Shown: positions 13,006-26,271 of the stretch, piece by piece
Layout: every line of letters begins with the position of its first letter
Numbering within the stretch: position 1 is the first letter of the stretch
Source: Octopus sinensis
Lineage: Eukaryota
Assembly: GCF_006345805.1 (NCBI RefSeq)
Contig: NC_043013.1
Span: forward strand, 23,436,001-23,500,000
Length of the DNA: 64,000 nt
Reading direction: 5' to 3'
The notes under the pieces: generated by a model
Told to the model about the DNA's origin: nothing
The model's input: only the letters and a program-made list of their open reading frames with translations
The model's database searches: none
Program-made: the position numbers and the translations under genes

Positions 13006-14054
13006 GTAAGTCTTTTTTTTTTCTGGATATATTTTCTCTTTTATTTTATTTTATTTTGGAGTATTTAGGTGTGAAGCTTTGTTAAATCCAGAGCAACAAA
13101 CCTGTATTTTGAACCTAGACATTAAGCCATCTGCATGCCATAAGTCCATTTGTTCTCAGTTGACCTGGCATTAATCAACATTAAACACTCCCTCGTAAGA
13201 GATTGCTCCCTACCCAACCCCATAGGCCGGTGTCTTATCTCAGTTGACCTGTGTCTCATATTCTCGTTGATTCAGAGCCTTTCTATATTCTAAGATGGTA
13301 GTAGACATGCTGGAACATCTGCCAAGTGTTTAGACTTATCCTCTAATTAGGGGAAGTAACGAGAAAATGTGAAGGTGTATGGCCTAGTGGTTAGGGTGTT
13401 GCACACTTGATTGTTAGATTGTGGGTTCAATTCCCAGACCAGGTGACACATTGTGTCTTTTCATATTTCTCTAGGGCTCTGTGGGGACTGGTATATCAGT
13501 TTTCTCTCTCTCTTGCAAAAAGCGACTAAAAGAGATTGAGGTAGGATTTTAACCCTCACCAGCAACAACTACCCCAAACAGATCCATGGCCTGGAGGATT
13601 GCCACCCAAGTGCTGCAAACACATCATCCACCAAAAAAAGCTGTTACAACACATGTCCCCATACTGCCACTGCTGCTGCTGATGATGATGATGGGTAACT
13701 TGTAAATGGGTAACTTGTAAAATTTTGTTGCCAAAAGAAAAAAGGCATTTTAATGGTGAGTAGTGGTTAACTGTGGAATATCTGCTGTGTTCATCAAATA
13801 AGATAATCTTATTTATGGGATTTCCAACAAATTAGTGAAACACTTTTATAAATCTATAACAGAAACAAAAGCCAATCTTCAACAATAAAAGCTGGAACTA
13901 ACAGGTAATGTTCAGTAAATAAATGCTTCCTGTTTATACCTGTTAAAACTTATAGCAATCTTCATATTTCTATATCTATGGCATCCATATTTTGAGATTT
14001 GCTATTTTTCCCCATACTCGTCACATGTCTTGATATTAGTTTCACATTAAAGCA

Positions 14055-14430
14055 GCAAGCTGGCAGAAATGTTAGCATGCCGGGTGAAATGCTTAATGGT
14101 ATTTTGCTACCGTTACATTCTGAGTTCAAATTCTGCTGAGGTCGACTTTGCCTTTTCATCCTTTCGGGGTCGATAAATTAAGTACCAGTTACGCACTGGG
14201 GTCGATATAATCGACTTAATCCGTTTGTCTGTCCTTTCTGTGTTTAGCCCCTTGTGAGTAGTAAAGAAATAGGTATTTCGTCTGCCATTACGTTCTGAGT
14301 TCAAATTCCGCCGAGGTTGACTTTGCCATTCATCCTTTCGGGGTCGATAAATTAAGTACCAGTTATGCACTGGGATCGATGTAATCGACTGGCTCCCTCC
14401 CCAAAAATGTCAGGCTTTGTGCTTAGAGTA
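14055..14430 (+). mobile_element. SINE family B, tandem/dimeric copy
   Basis: Two consecutive gagttcaaattc..gtcgactttgcctttcatcctttcggggtcgataaattaagtaccag cores with different tails. The core resembles the conserved Meta/RUDI SINE domain (from recall, unverified). Confidence 0.8.
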
Positions 14431-14706
14431 GAAAAAAAAATATTAGTTTCACATAAAATGTTTTATCATATTTTGAATTTCTGTATATCAAATTCCATTT
14501 TTAATTGATGTGTCAGTTTATCAACCATTCTATTATCTTCTTTACATTATCATTATTCATTGCAATTATTCATTGCATTATCACTTTTATTTGAATTATA
14601 ATTCGCATTTACCCACATTATCACTTAATTTGTATGAAACACTTTTTTTCCTTTGTCTTTGAACTTTCATTTTAAAATATATGTAATTACCTCCCTTGTC
14701 TTTCAG

Positions 14707-14888
14707 GTGATCCAATTGCCGATGCTTTTGCAATTTGTTGCCGAAAAAATAATGCCATTATGCTCATCGCCGACGGTGTGAATTGGGGTGAGAAGTCTCG
14801 CCTGGCTGCCCGCTGTGCCCTATATGGCAGCATGGAGTATATTAATCGTAAGCTGTTTCAAGAAAAAACCCAGCCAGCTAGTACACAG
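14707..14888 (+). CDS. PP2C-like domain protein, exon B: [61 protein letters not shown]
   Basis: Acceptor tctttcag at 14705-06 and donor GTATGG at 14889. 182 nt (2+180), open frame. Carries the PPM/PP2C motif-2-like ADGxxxG. Confidence 0.9.
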
Positions 14889-15674
14889 GTATGGTGTTTA
14901 TGAGTGACACAAGTGTAAGAAGTTACACTTTGCCTACAAACTCTGCAAGTCCAGCTGGTAAAATCTTTCACATTAGATGCATTTAGCAGGCACCCAATAC
15001 CTTAATCTTATTAATATAAGGGTTATTTCCGTGGATAGCCATAAGCTTATTAGGAATGTAATTTCTGTCAGTTATAGGGTAATATATAAAATGTGTGATA
15101 TAAAATGACTATAAAAGACTGCAGATCTTTGCCATTCGATCTGCAAAACATGAAAACCAGATTACTTTATGGTTGTATGAGTTCTTACTTTTGACATGGT
15201 TCCTCATAAGGTTGGATGCTTCTCCTAGCACCAACCATTTTACAGCTTAGACCAGGTGTCTTTTATCATGCCACTGGCACTAAAGCGGTTGTCTTGGATT
15301 AGACTAAAGAGTTCTAAGAGAGAGAGAGGGTCTAAGTTTAAATGGTGCTGGTGTCATGTGAAAGGCACCCAGTTTATTCTGTAAAGTGGTTGGTGTTAGG
15401 AAGGGCATCCAACTGTAAAAACCCTGCCAAAGCAGACAATGGAGCTTATTGCAGTCCTCAGGTTGACCAGCTCCTCTCAAACCGTCCAACCCATGCCAGC
15501 ATGGAAGAGAGACATTAAATTATGATGGTGATGATTTTTATTTAACTATTAATTTCTAGTTTTTCTTTTTTGATTCTTGCCTAATATAATAATATTATTA
15601 ATATGCATTTCAATATTTTGTGCTAATGAAACTGAATGTCAAAACAGTTATGTCTATAAATATTCTCTTCTGCC

Positions 15675-15802
15675 CTAGACACAAGGCCTGAAATTTTTGG
15701 GGAGTGGGCTGGGCAATCAATTAGATCGACTCCAGTATGCGACTGGTACTTAATTTATCGACCCCGAAAGGATGAAAGGCAAAGTTAACCTTGGTGGAAT
15801 TT
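15675..15802 (-). mobile_element. SINE family B partial copy, inverted relative to 14055-14430
   Basis: Reverse complement of 14303-14426, including a 35-nt perfect match. Confidence 0.8.
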
Positions 15803-17038
15803 AATATTAAAAGAGCGAATGATGTGTCTGAAACTAAATGTTAAGAGGGTGGGGGGTGGGGGGGATATGCTTTTTTTTCTTATTTGATTAATGTCTGAAA
15901 ATAAATTCCAAGCAAGATTTCTCTCTTTTGCAAAGAACCTAAGAATTGTTTGAGACTGGTTCTTTCTTTAATTAATGCCAGAAAGGGAAAAGGCAAAATA
16001 GATCTTTGTGGAGTTTGAATTCAGTGTAAAGAGTCACAAGAAATAGTGCAAGGCATTTTGAGCAACAGTGTATCTAGGAGTCCATCATTTAATGTTTCCT
16101 TTTTTAATATGAGTAAGGATTGAATTGGGAGTGATCTGGCTGCTATGTTTACCATGTTGAGTAACTACATAGGGGCTCCCCTGTTGGCTTGAAGCCTAAA
16201 TATTCATTTGGCATGAGTTTGGGCCACCAAGAAGCATTCAGTTGGTAATTCTCTCTCAAGACAATTCAAGACCTTAAGTTCCAGGTCAGTTACGTAGTTT
16301 AATTGTAGAAAATATCCACCAGGACAGAACCGTGAAGTGGCATTTCTGACTGCAGGTAATAACAGCTTCTCCAATGCTATTCTGATTGGTTGATCTACAG
16401 ATTTAGTCTGTCAGCAGTTATTTCCCCTTTCGCAAACTTGTCATTTTTATAAATTCTTCAGAAAACAGAGGAAAAATAAACTACTTTCAAGATTGAGTTA
16501 GAATTAAGTTTGGTCATATTTTCCACTTCAAAGAATCGGTAAAGGCTGAAAAAGAAATGTTGCTGGTTCTATTATAAGAATATTTATTTAGCCCTGCTCT
16601 TTTAGGCGTAATTTTTCAGTTGTAAAAGATCATAATTTCAGGTTTCTTTTGGTTAGATTCCCAAATGCCATTCTGTCTGAAATTGTTGATATCTGTGTCA
16701 ATATCAGAAGGTTGTTTAATTTTTCTCATATTATTATTGACAAATATTTAAACCAAATATTATAACATTTGCAGATCTGCAAAACAATGTGAGAGACAGA
16801 CTTCTGCCTGTTCCAAAGCTAAATCTGTCAAAATCAGGTTGAAATTGCAGCAATGTCACATTTATGTCCTTTACATAGATTTTTACTGAAAATTATTTTT
16901 TTGTTAATCCAAATTCCATATGCTGAGTTACATAATTTTTCTTGTTCAAATATTCTTCATTGAAAATTATATGGAATTGTTTTAGTGTTTTAAAAGCCCT
17001 AACTTCTGGGCTTCTCAAATTTTTATTTATATATTTAA

Positions 17039-17258
17039 CCCTTTAGTGTTCAGATTACTCTGTTAAATGTAATATTTTTTTACTCAAATTGTTTTTAATT
17101 AATCATGTATTATCTTATAGTTTTGAGGTTTCAATGATGTGATTGTTTATTTTTATAATGTCAATGTAGGTTAGGTGTGAGAGCCCTGATCTGGTCAGTT
17201 TAAACATAAAATAGGTAGAAAACTTCGGCCGGATATGGCCAGTTTAAACACTAAAGGG
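17039..17258. mobile_element. piggyBac-type MITE family 2 (220 bp)
   Basis: TTAA|CCCTTTAGTGTT ... AACACTAAAGGG|TTAA. Confidence 0.88.
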
Positions 17259-17344
17259 TTAAAATGTTATTCATTTTTTTTTTATTTCTTAATTTTTTAA
17301 TCCTAGAATATCTGATATTATTTACTCTTGGTATGTCTTTGTAG

Positions 17345-18508
17345 GAAGCATTGGAAATATTACGTACATCTATGGATGCTGCTCACAGAACCATCTTAAA
17401 GAAAGAAGGGGGCTTGACGACATTATGCGTCTGCCTCATTTGTCCAGTCTACAATTCTGCTGATTTTGCTGTATGTTGTGTTAATGTTGGAGACAGTTTT
17501 GCCTACGTTTTCAGCAAAAACAATGGAATTCGAGAAATCACAGTTGGTTCTCATGATGTAGCATCTGAACGTGATATCCGTGATGCTGGGGGAGCAATTG
17601 GTCCTGTTGATGGAGAAAACCCGGAATTACAAAATCTCACCTGCTCTTTGACTTTTGTGAATAAAGGTGATGTGGTTTTCCTCACAACTGACGGGATCTC
17701 AGACAACTTTGACCCTGTTGTCACCAAAGTTGCAATTCCACGGAAGAACACTGATAACAACTCTAATGATGCTCTGCCAACGACCCCTGATACTTTTGAA
17801 GATAAACCTATGATGGAACCACAAGAACGACATATCTATGCACTAAAAGAAATGGAACGAATAATTCATGAACATGAACTATTAACTGAAGAGACATGTT
17901 CTGCCCAGGAACTCTGTGGAGCCCTTGTGCAGCATGTATTAACTTTGACTGATTCCAAAAGAAAAATTCTTGAAAATCCAGAGTTATATAGAAAGAAAAA
18001 AATGACTTCGAAGGAGCGTAAGCGTAGAGACTCACAAATTGTTGAACAGATGTCTAAGGCTCCTGGCAAACTTGACCATGCTTCAATTGTTGCCTATGAA
18101 GTGGGCATTTGTGGTGAAGATGAGGAGGAAGAGGAAATTGTGCTCATTAAGGAGAGCAATTCCGTTAAGGTCAGTACTCCAAACATTGACTGTTCCGAAT
18201 CTTCATCATCTTCCAATCATGAGAAAGATCTTTTTCATCCAAACTCCATTTCCATCCCAGTTTTTAAAAAATCTAACCCTAAAAAATTCTTCTCCAAACT
18301 TCGCAATTCTGCTGCCACTCCCACATCCCCTGTTTCCCCACTCACATTCTCATTGCCGTTTCTTCATAAGAAAAACTCTTCCAAACATTTTCACTCTGTA
18401 GAGGAATCTGAAGCCAAAACACCAGTCTCTCCTACTTCTCCAAATCTACCGTACCCCAACAACCAGCCTTTCTACTATCAAACGTTCTCTTACGAATCAG
18501 CCGTATGA
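17345..18508 (+). CDS. PP2C-like domain protein, terminal exon (EALEILRTSMDAAH...NVGDS...TTDGISDNF...KLDHAS...YESAV*)
   Basis: Acceptor tctttgtag at 17343-44, phase 0, in frame with the 385-aa ORF 17351..18508. PPM-family motifs VGDS, DGISD and a C-terminal LDH are present, followed by an acidic and S/P-rich tail. The CG9801-like assignment is from recall of the family, not a search. Confidence 0.9.
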   Translation, partial: EALEILRTSMDAAHRTILKKEGGLTTLCVCLICPVYNSADFAVCCVNVGDSFAYVFSKNNGIREITVGSHDVASERDIRDAGGAIGPVDGENPELQNLTCSLTFVNKGDVVFLTTDGISDNFDPVVTKVAIPRKNTDNNSNDALPTTPDTFEDKPMMEPQERHIYALKEMERIIHEHELLTEETCSAQELCGALVQHVLTLTDSKRKILENPELYRKKKMTSKERKRRDSQIVEQMSKAPGKLDHASIVAYEVGICGEDEEEEEIVLIKESNSVKVSTPNIDCSESSSSSNHEKDLFHPNSISIPVFKKSNPKKFFSKLRNSAATPTSPVSPLTFSLPFLHKKNSSKHFHSVEESEAKTPVSPTSPNLPYPNNQPFYYQTFSYESAV

Positions 18509-20021
18509 TCTAACAAGCCTTTCTAATTCCTCTTAATTTCTGCTGCTGCTGCTGCTGCCCTTTACTTCCTCATCTTTTCTTTAACTGCAACTTTTAACTT
18601 TATTAACTGCTAGACTATTTGGTTGCGAGAAGCAGAGCTTACATGTGCAGTCAGGGAATGCAGTGTGTGTTTGTTTACTTGTGCTGTGTACATAATCATG
18701 GATAAGATAATATAAACAGGAGTGCATGTGTGTTTTGTTTATTTTCCAAAAGAAATACACCAAACTAAAGTGAAATAATGGCCTTTTTTTTTTGTTTTGA
18801 GAAGGAAAATAAAATGAAATAACAACAATATAAACAAAACCAAAACAGCAACAACAAAATTCTTTAAACTATTCTTGCCAAATTTATGTTTGACTGTTTC
18901 TAGCCATAAGATAAAGGTAAGTTTTGACATATGTTTGTCATCTGGAGTTGAATTTAGAATAAAACAATAATACGCATACACTGAAACAATTTTCATGTTG
19001 ACCTCTCTGCAGTCCTACTTTTAAATTTCAAATTATTTTTCAATTGAAATTAATAGAACTATATTTCTTATAAGAAGTACATTTTAAACATTTTAAAGTG
19101 ATCGTAATTTTAAAAAATAAACTAAATATTTTAGTTCTAAACTAACCTGAGCTTAAAGAAAAAACCCCAAAATCTATAAATATGAGTATAATTGCTTCGT
19201 TAGCAAATCCTAGTCTTGAGCAGCTAATAATATTCCACTTTCATCTAAAGTAAACTGATAGAGAACCACATTCCAATGTTGTTGTGTCTATAAACTTTCT
19301 GAATATCTTGTGCCAACTTGTCTCATTGACAACAGAATTTAAAGGTTTATGAAAACCTGGTCATCGTTACAACAGTTCATGTTTAAACTGCAAAATGTCC
19401 AAGTCTTTGACAGTAAGAACAGTTCTACATAATATTTACACAATCCTTCTGGGAATTGTAAAAAATTAAAAGCAGTAGAACAATGAGTGTTCAGTTAAAT
19501 TTATTTAAATGAATTGCAATTTTATGCAATTGTCTACCCCCACTCCCCCCACCTATTTTCTGCTTTTCTTCTTTAAATCAAAATTTCCTTAATTTTATCC
19601 TTTGTACCTTCATCCTTATAAGCTCTTTCTTTTATAAATTTTCTTTTGCTTGCTTCAAAGTTCTGAAAACTCGCCTGACTTTTATATGACTGTACTAAAG
19701 CTTCTTTAACCGTTTGCTACTAAAAATTCTAAAAAAAAAACCAAAAAATTAAAAAGAACAAAAGTTACCTAATAAAATATTAAAAGAATATATTTATTTA
19801 TTTACTTTCTTTTGCATTGTCTTTTTCTTAATTTTCGTTTTTCTTTTTATTTCTGTTTAGCTTCTCTAATTTCTTTGGTTTTCATCTTCTGCTTTCTATT
19901 TTCCCTTCTTTTAGAGCAAAGAATGCATTTACGTTCCTTTGCCATAAATCAATTCTACTCACTTCACAGTAGATGCTCAATGCAAATACCTACACACTAC
20001 ACATTACAGACCCTACTTTAA

Positions 20022-20243
20022 CCCTTTCGTTACCAACCCGGCTGAAACCACCTCTGGCTCTGTAGTACAAATGTCTTGTTTTCATAGGTTCTGAATTAAA
20101 ATCTTCCACTAAACCTTAGTCATAATTTATTGTTCCTAACACTAGCTTAATGATAACTAAGTTATTTTACTAAATTCTTTGTTATATCTAAAATAATTGA
20201 GAGAAACGCAGAGTATCTCAAAATAAATGTAGTAACGAAAGGG
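20022..20243. mobile_element. piggyBac-type MITE family 1 (222 bp)
   Basis: TTAA|CCCTTTCGTTAC ... GTAACGAAAGGG|TTAA. Confidence 0.9.
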
Positions 20244-20386
20244 TTAAAGACGCTACAATAGAGATACAATAGTATGATATACCGTATTCTATTCATTAAC
20301 TAATACTAATACACTGTCTGAAATAAATAATATCACATTGTATTAACCAATACTACACCTTATGTACTAAAACCACACTGCATCTA

Positions 20387-20683
20387 CAATGAAACCTTGG
20401 TTTACGAATTTAATTAATTCCTGAAGGTCATTTGTTACCTGAAATGTTCGTAAACTGAAACTATTTTCCCTATAAGCAGATTTAAGAAAAGGAACAGCAA
20501 ATTCAAGTTGGGATGTGTATTGACCAAAATCTAGATGGTAGTTGACACTTTCCTGTAAGCTTACAATCAACTTGCTTCATTACTTGTGACACTGGTTGTC
20601 ACTCAAGATGTTTCATGCTTGAAAAATTGTTTGTAAACTGCTTTGTTTTTGATGAGAGACATTCGTAAACCAAGGTTCCACTG
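20387..20683. mobile_element. Tigger/pogo-type MITE
   Basis: TA|caatgaaaccttggtttacgaa ... ttcgtaaaccaaggttccactg|TA. Confidence 0.8.
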
Positions 20684-23600
20684 TATTAACTAAAACCTAT
20701 CTCTGTTCTGTTGCTGCACAGTGTGTGTGACTGTCACCAAGCCGTGCAGACTAACATTGCATGCATTAAACAAATCCTGTACTGAACAATCTCATTGTTT
20801 GGTCATCTTTTGGCTGTGGTCATTTTGTCCTTACTGTGACCATATTTTCCTGAAATTTAGGATTCCTCACATGTTCTCCTTTCCATTTTAAAAACGTTAG
20901 AAAGGTTTGGTTGCCACTTTGAAACTATGGAGTGTTTTGGTAGAATCATTCTGTCTTTGGTGTTTGAATTGTGATACTTTTGCATCAAGACAGTTGCTGC
21001 AGCAGAGAGCTCTATGTTTGGTGGTGGTGGTCACCAACAACCATTAGTAGAATTCTAAAGAATCAAAACCGAACACAATAAAAGCAAGTAGCACTTGTTG
21101 ACCTCTGTTGTGACCCCTAGCATTATTTTAAACAGAATTGCTAATACATGTTGCCTGCTCAGTCAGTGACTGAATACTGTGAGCCAGTGGACATCAGAAT
21201 GAGCTTTTCCAGTCTGATATGAAGAATCAATGGCTTCCATGCAACCATCATGTCATCTATTGTTTATTTGTTCATTCATTTATGTCTGTTTCTCTTTTCT
21301 TTTTTTTTGTATGTTGGCATGGGTTTGATGAGTATTTAGTTGAGCCAGCACTTTTTATAGCTGGAGGCTCTTCCATTGATACAAGTAATGGAGTTTGTAT
21401 TCCTTTACTTCAAAAGTTCAGGGCTACAAGATGTAATGATGTTCTTGAGGAATATAAACCTGACAACACCATTCTTTGCCCAGGGAATCTCATGTAAGAA
21501 TTAGAAACGACAACTTTCAACACACACAAATGCCAACCAATGCTTTTAGAGTGAATTTGGAAGAGGAAAACTATACAAGGCCTATCATGCGGTGCTTACA
21601 TTCTAGAATCTCGTTAGAAATTGCTGAGCTCTAGACGATATTCCCTGTCAACAAATCACTTGGTCGTTGTTCTGGGCTTTCAAAGACAAGTGCAATGAAA
21701 AGTGCCTTACTTGGAAAACAGGTTTGGATAAGTGGCTGGAAGGGCATTTGACTGTAAAGCAATGCCTCAGCAATGTAAATCTGTCAAACCCATGCTAGCA
21801 TGAAGATGGGGGAGAAGCAGACATAAAAATGGATGTCCAAATGACCGAGGGACAAACATAATCCTAAACTGGAACCCAATTCAAGTATTGTAGACCTCGA
21901 CTGCTACACTTGGTGGTGTCCCAAAGATTTGGTTTGTCACTATTGCAACATATGTTTGCTTCAATAGGGTTGTGAATGGCCAGACCCAAGAATAACAATA
22001 TCAATCTGTGAGCCAACGAGGGAGCTCCCACATGGTCACTCGATTGTCCACATGTGGTCATACTCAGCTATCTCACAAAAAAAAAACAAACAAAAAAACT
22101 ACATATTAGACAGTACAGTTCTAGATATACAAAAATGACAGGATGGCCACTACTAGACTGTCTTTGATTACCTTGAGGAGGCTTGGGGTTTAAACAGTAG
22201 TCTAGATCATACTTTAATCTCTCTCTCTCCTGCCACCATTACACACACAAATACACATCATATAATTACTCTACTTCCCCCTGATTTGAAACCTTTATCT
22301 TAACCTTTCATTCTGCATTGAATCTTTGCTATATACTAATTAACTTTCTCTGCTTTGTTAATTACAGATCCAACAACAATTACTAATATGAAATGGAAAT
22401 TTTTTTTTTTTTTTTTGCTTATTTAACAACTTACTGCATTGTTACAGCTTCTTCCCTTACTGTTTTTTTTTCTTTTCTCTTTTTTGTCCCCTTTTCTTGG
22501 TGACACAGGTTAAAGAGGTCCGCGAAATCACATTTCTGCCTTTTAATTCTTCTGTGAGTTTATGCTTCCTTGGATCCAACAAAACCGTTTCATGTTGTAC
22601 TCCCTCTTTTTTCACATTTCACTCGTCATTAACTCCTCTTCTGCCTCACTCCTCTTCTGTTGTTTGTAACCCCATATCTTACTCAACACTACACGGTCAC
22701 CCTCAACATCCCAGCAATATTAAACTCATGGCTTCCTTCACTTGTCCTTTTTTCTTCACCATTCGTCACCAAATCTTAATATCACTCAACATTCAACCTA
22801 ATCACCCTAATCAATGTTTCCCATCCTCCTCTGCTTGCACCGCACCATCCCGTCCTCCACTCTTGTATCATTGTCTTCATCAAAATTGTTTTGACATTGG
22901 TTTTTGTTTCTTAGAGGCATGACTTGAGTGTGTGTGTGTGTGTGAGAGAGAGAGTCTTTGAGACAATGCTTTATGACTGGATTCCCTTTCTGAAGCCTCT
23001 TCTTTTAATTGCCACTTTACAACAAACAGGAATATGGTGTACTTATTCAAAAAAAAAAAAAAAATAGACACTTTGTATTTATTTTGTCACAATTTGTAAA
23101 CAATTCTCTCATTGGTTACAGGTCTCCAATGAACCAACCATTGGTTTATTTGCATTTCTGATGACAAGGGAGTGTCTTTAACCCACTGTAGAATCAATAT
23201 CTCAAGGGGCTTCATTCATAAAACACCGTTTTAAAGATTTCTGAACTAGTAACCTCCAGTATACATCAGTAAATGTCACACACACACACACGTGCGTGCG
23301 CGTGCACACATATATTATTTTGGTCGAAGAAACTAACCCCAGGACTTATTCTTTGTAAGCCTAGTACTTATTCTATCGATATTTTTTGCCAAACTGCTAA
23401 GTTACAGGGATGTAAACACACCAACATCAGTTGTCAAGTGATGGTTGGGAGACACAGACACACACAAACACACATATATACAATGGGCTTCTTTCAGTTT
23501 CCATCTATCAAATCCACTCACAAGGCTTTGGTTGACCTGAAGCTATGGTAGAAGACACTTTTCCAAGATGCCATGCAATGGGATTGAACTCGGAACGATG

Positions 23601-24067
23601 TGGTTGGAAAGCAAGCTTCTTGCCACACAACCACGCCTATGGTTGTATGTAAAATTATGTTATATTTATTTTATATCACAATTTGTGAAAGACAACATCA
23701 TTGTTTAAAGGTTTCCAATGATCCAAGCATTCATTTATTGTATTTCTAATGGCAAACAATGATGATTCGTGTGTGTACATGCATGTGTGCATGCGTGTGT
23801 GTGTGTGATTGGCTTAGCAACGTTGTCTCTGTCATATTTTATTACAAAATATTGATTAACCCAAGACCATGGCTGACAAAGTGTTATGCAGTGGGAATGA
23901 ACCCAGAATGATGTAATTGTGAAGAGAACTTCTTAACGACACAACTCTAATTCTGCTTCTTCCAATTACCACCTTTCGTTACCTCAGCTCGTATAGAATT
24001 ACTTCATTACAAATCCTTCTTAGTCTATCTTAAACTTTTTAACCATATGCATTAAAATCTCACTCAT

Positions 24068-24232
24068 TGCAGTAATTAACACCACACTGTGTGCAGTAAT
24101 TAACACCACACTGTGTGCAGTAATTAACACCACACTGTGTGCAGTAATTAACACCACACTGTGTGCAGTAAATAACACCACGCTGTGTGCAGTAAATAAC
24201 ACCACGTTGTGTGCAGTAATTAACACCACACA
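24068..24232. repeat. 24-bp minisatellite (tgcagtaattaacaccacactgtg), about 7 copies
   Basis: Directly visible, near-perfect units. Confidence 0.95.
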
Positions 24233-25038
24233 GTGCAATGACTAATAACATATTTTGTTAAGCAACCACATCATGCAGTTCGTTGTGTGCTCTTTATCTG
24301 TTAATACTTTGGCAGATTATTATTATCCACCAGATTTACTGCTGACGATTCACAAACCTCACATTTGTTGGAACACAATGTTGTCCTCTTCACGTTGTTT
24401 TCTAAACTTGTTTTTTATTGTTGAGGTGTTCAGTGTCCTCTGTCAGAAAGTGTTGGGCCACTGGACTACATTCCTTACTTTTACACATTGATGGCACATT
24501 CTTTTTACCTTTCCTTCCAGTATGTCTTTGGATAGCTTCTTTTATCTGCCTTGTGTGTGCCTTCCTCCAGTCAAATGAGAAGAAATCAGTTGTTTGGGCA
24601 ACCATTGTTTTGCTTTCTCTTGACATGGCCAACTGAATGAAATAATGGTTTCAAAACAAGAGATGTCAATTGTTCAAACATCTCTTCAATGTTGAAGCTG
24701 CATGCTTTTCCTCAGACATTTCATTGAAATGCTACCTATGACTTGTCCAGGGTTCAGAGAGAGTTTAATCATAAACCGGGAACTTGGTACACAATAAGTT
24801 TGGTAATCTGTCTTGTATGAAGATCTTTATAAACCCATTTTCTTCTTGGGTAAGCAAAGTTTACATTTTGTTCAGTGTTGCATCTCCTTTTCCATATCTG
24901 TGTTTTGTGACTTGGGTACTGGAAGTGTTCTACATTTTCTATTATCTGTTCATGTGCCTGAATGGTTGGGTTTGGTGATTGCTGGTACAAGACCTTTGTT
25001 TCACTTGTGTTGGGGGTCAGGCCAATGTTTTTTATATA

Positions 25039-26271
25039 TTAGGTTGTCAAGAAAGTTCTTGTGGAATTTTAAATTTTGGTTTTAAATGATGTATTTTCAA
25101 ATTAATTTTTGTTAAATTACTTTGACTTTATATATCATTTTAAAGCCCGTTTCTCGCTTTATCTAATCGTGTTACTCTTTTTCTTTTTGAATAATTAGGC
25201 CATTTTTTCTGGAACGTTGAATACAACATAGACAAAAAGTAAATTTGCACAGTTTTCTTATTCCAGTTCAAGCTAGGCCGAAAAGCTGCTGAAACAGCTC
25301 ACGATATCAATGATGCTTTTGACCCAGGAACCACTAATGAACATGCAGCACAATGGTGGTTCATGAAATTTCGTAGTGATGACGAGAGTCTTGAAGATAA
25401 GCGTACTCGTCGACCATCGGCTTTTGATGACAATCAACTAAGAGCCTTAGTGGAAGCCAATCCACGCACAACTGTTCGAGAGTTTACATAACGTATACAA
25501 CAAATTCCAACCACTTGAAAGAGATTGGAAAAACAAAAATATTTGAGAAATGGGTGCCGCACAAATTGAACAACAACAAAAAAAAACCGCCGTTTTGAAG
25601 TGTCATCTTCCCTTCTTTTACGCAATAAGGACGACCCGTTTCTTGACCAGATTGTGTTTTGTGATGAAAAATGGATTCTTTACGACAACCAGCAACGCTC
25701 AGCTCAGTAGTTGGATGCTGACAAAGCTCCACAGCACTCCCCGAAGCCAAAGTTGCACCAAAAGGAGGTCATGGTGACTGCTTGGTGGTCTGTGGTCAGT
25801 CTCATCCAGAGAACTACTGTGAGCAAATGGATGAAATGCATAAGAAACTCTGACAACAACAGCCAGCATTGGTCAATAGAAAAGGACCAATTCTTCTCCA
25901 CGACAATGTTCGGCCGCACATCACACACTGACTCTGCAGAAGTTGAACGAATTGAGCTGCGAAACTCTGCCTCATCCGCCATACTCACCAGACCTCTCGC
26001 CTACTGACTACGACTTCTTCAAGCATCTCGACAACTTCCTGCATGGGAAATGCTTCAAAAACCAAGACAATACCAAACATGCCTTCAACAACTTCATCAC
26101 CACCAGAACACAGGATTTTTACACTACTGGCATCAATAAACTTGTTTTGCGTTGGCAAAAGTGTGTTGATTCTGATGGTGCTTATTTCGATTAATAAACT
26201 TTTGTTTGAGCCGAGATATGTGCACTTGAATTTAAAGGTTAAAAACCGCAAGAACTTTCTTGACAACCTAA
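25039..26271 (+). mobile_element. Mariner (Tc1/mariner, D34D) DNA transposon, full length, transposase pseudogenised
   Basis: TIRs ttaggttgtcaagaaagttcttg are identical over 23 nt, with TA target duplications (25037-38, 26272-73). Motifs WVPH, CDEKW, HDN and HPPYSPDLSPTDY are spread over several frames with stops. Confidence 0.95.
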
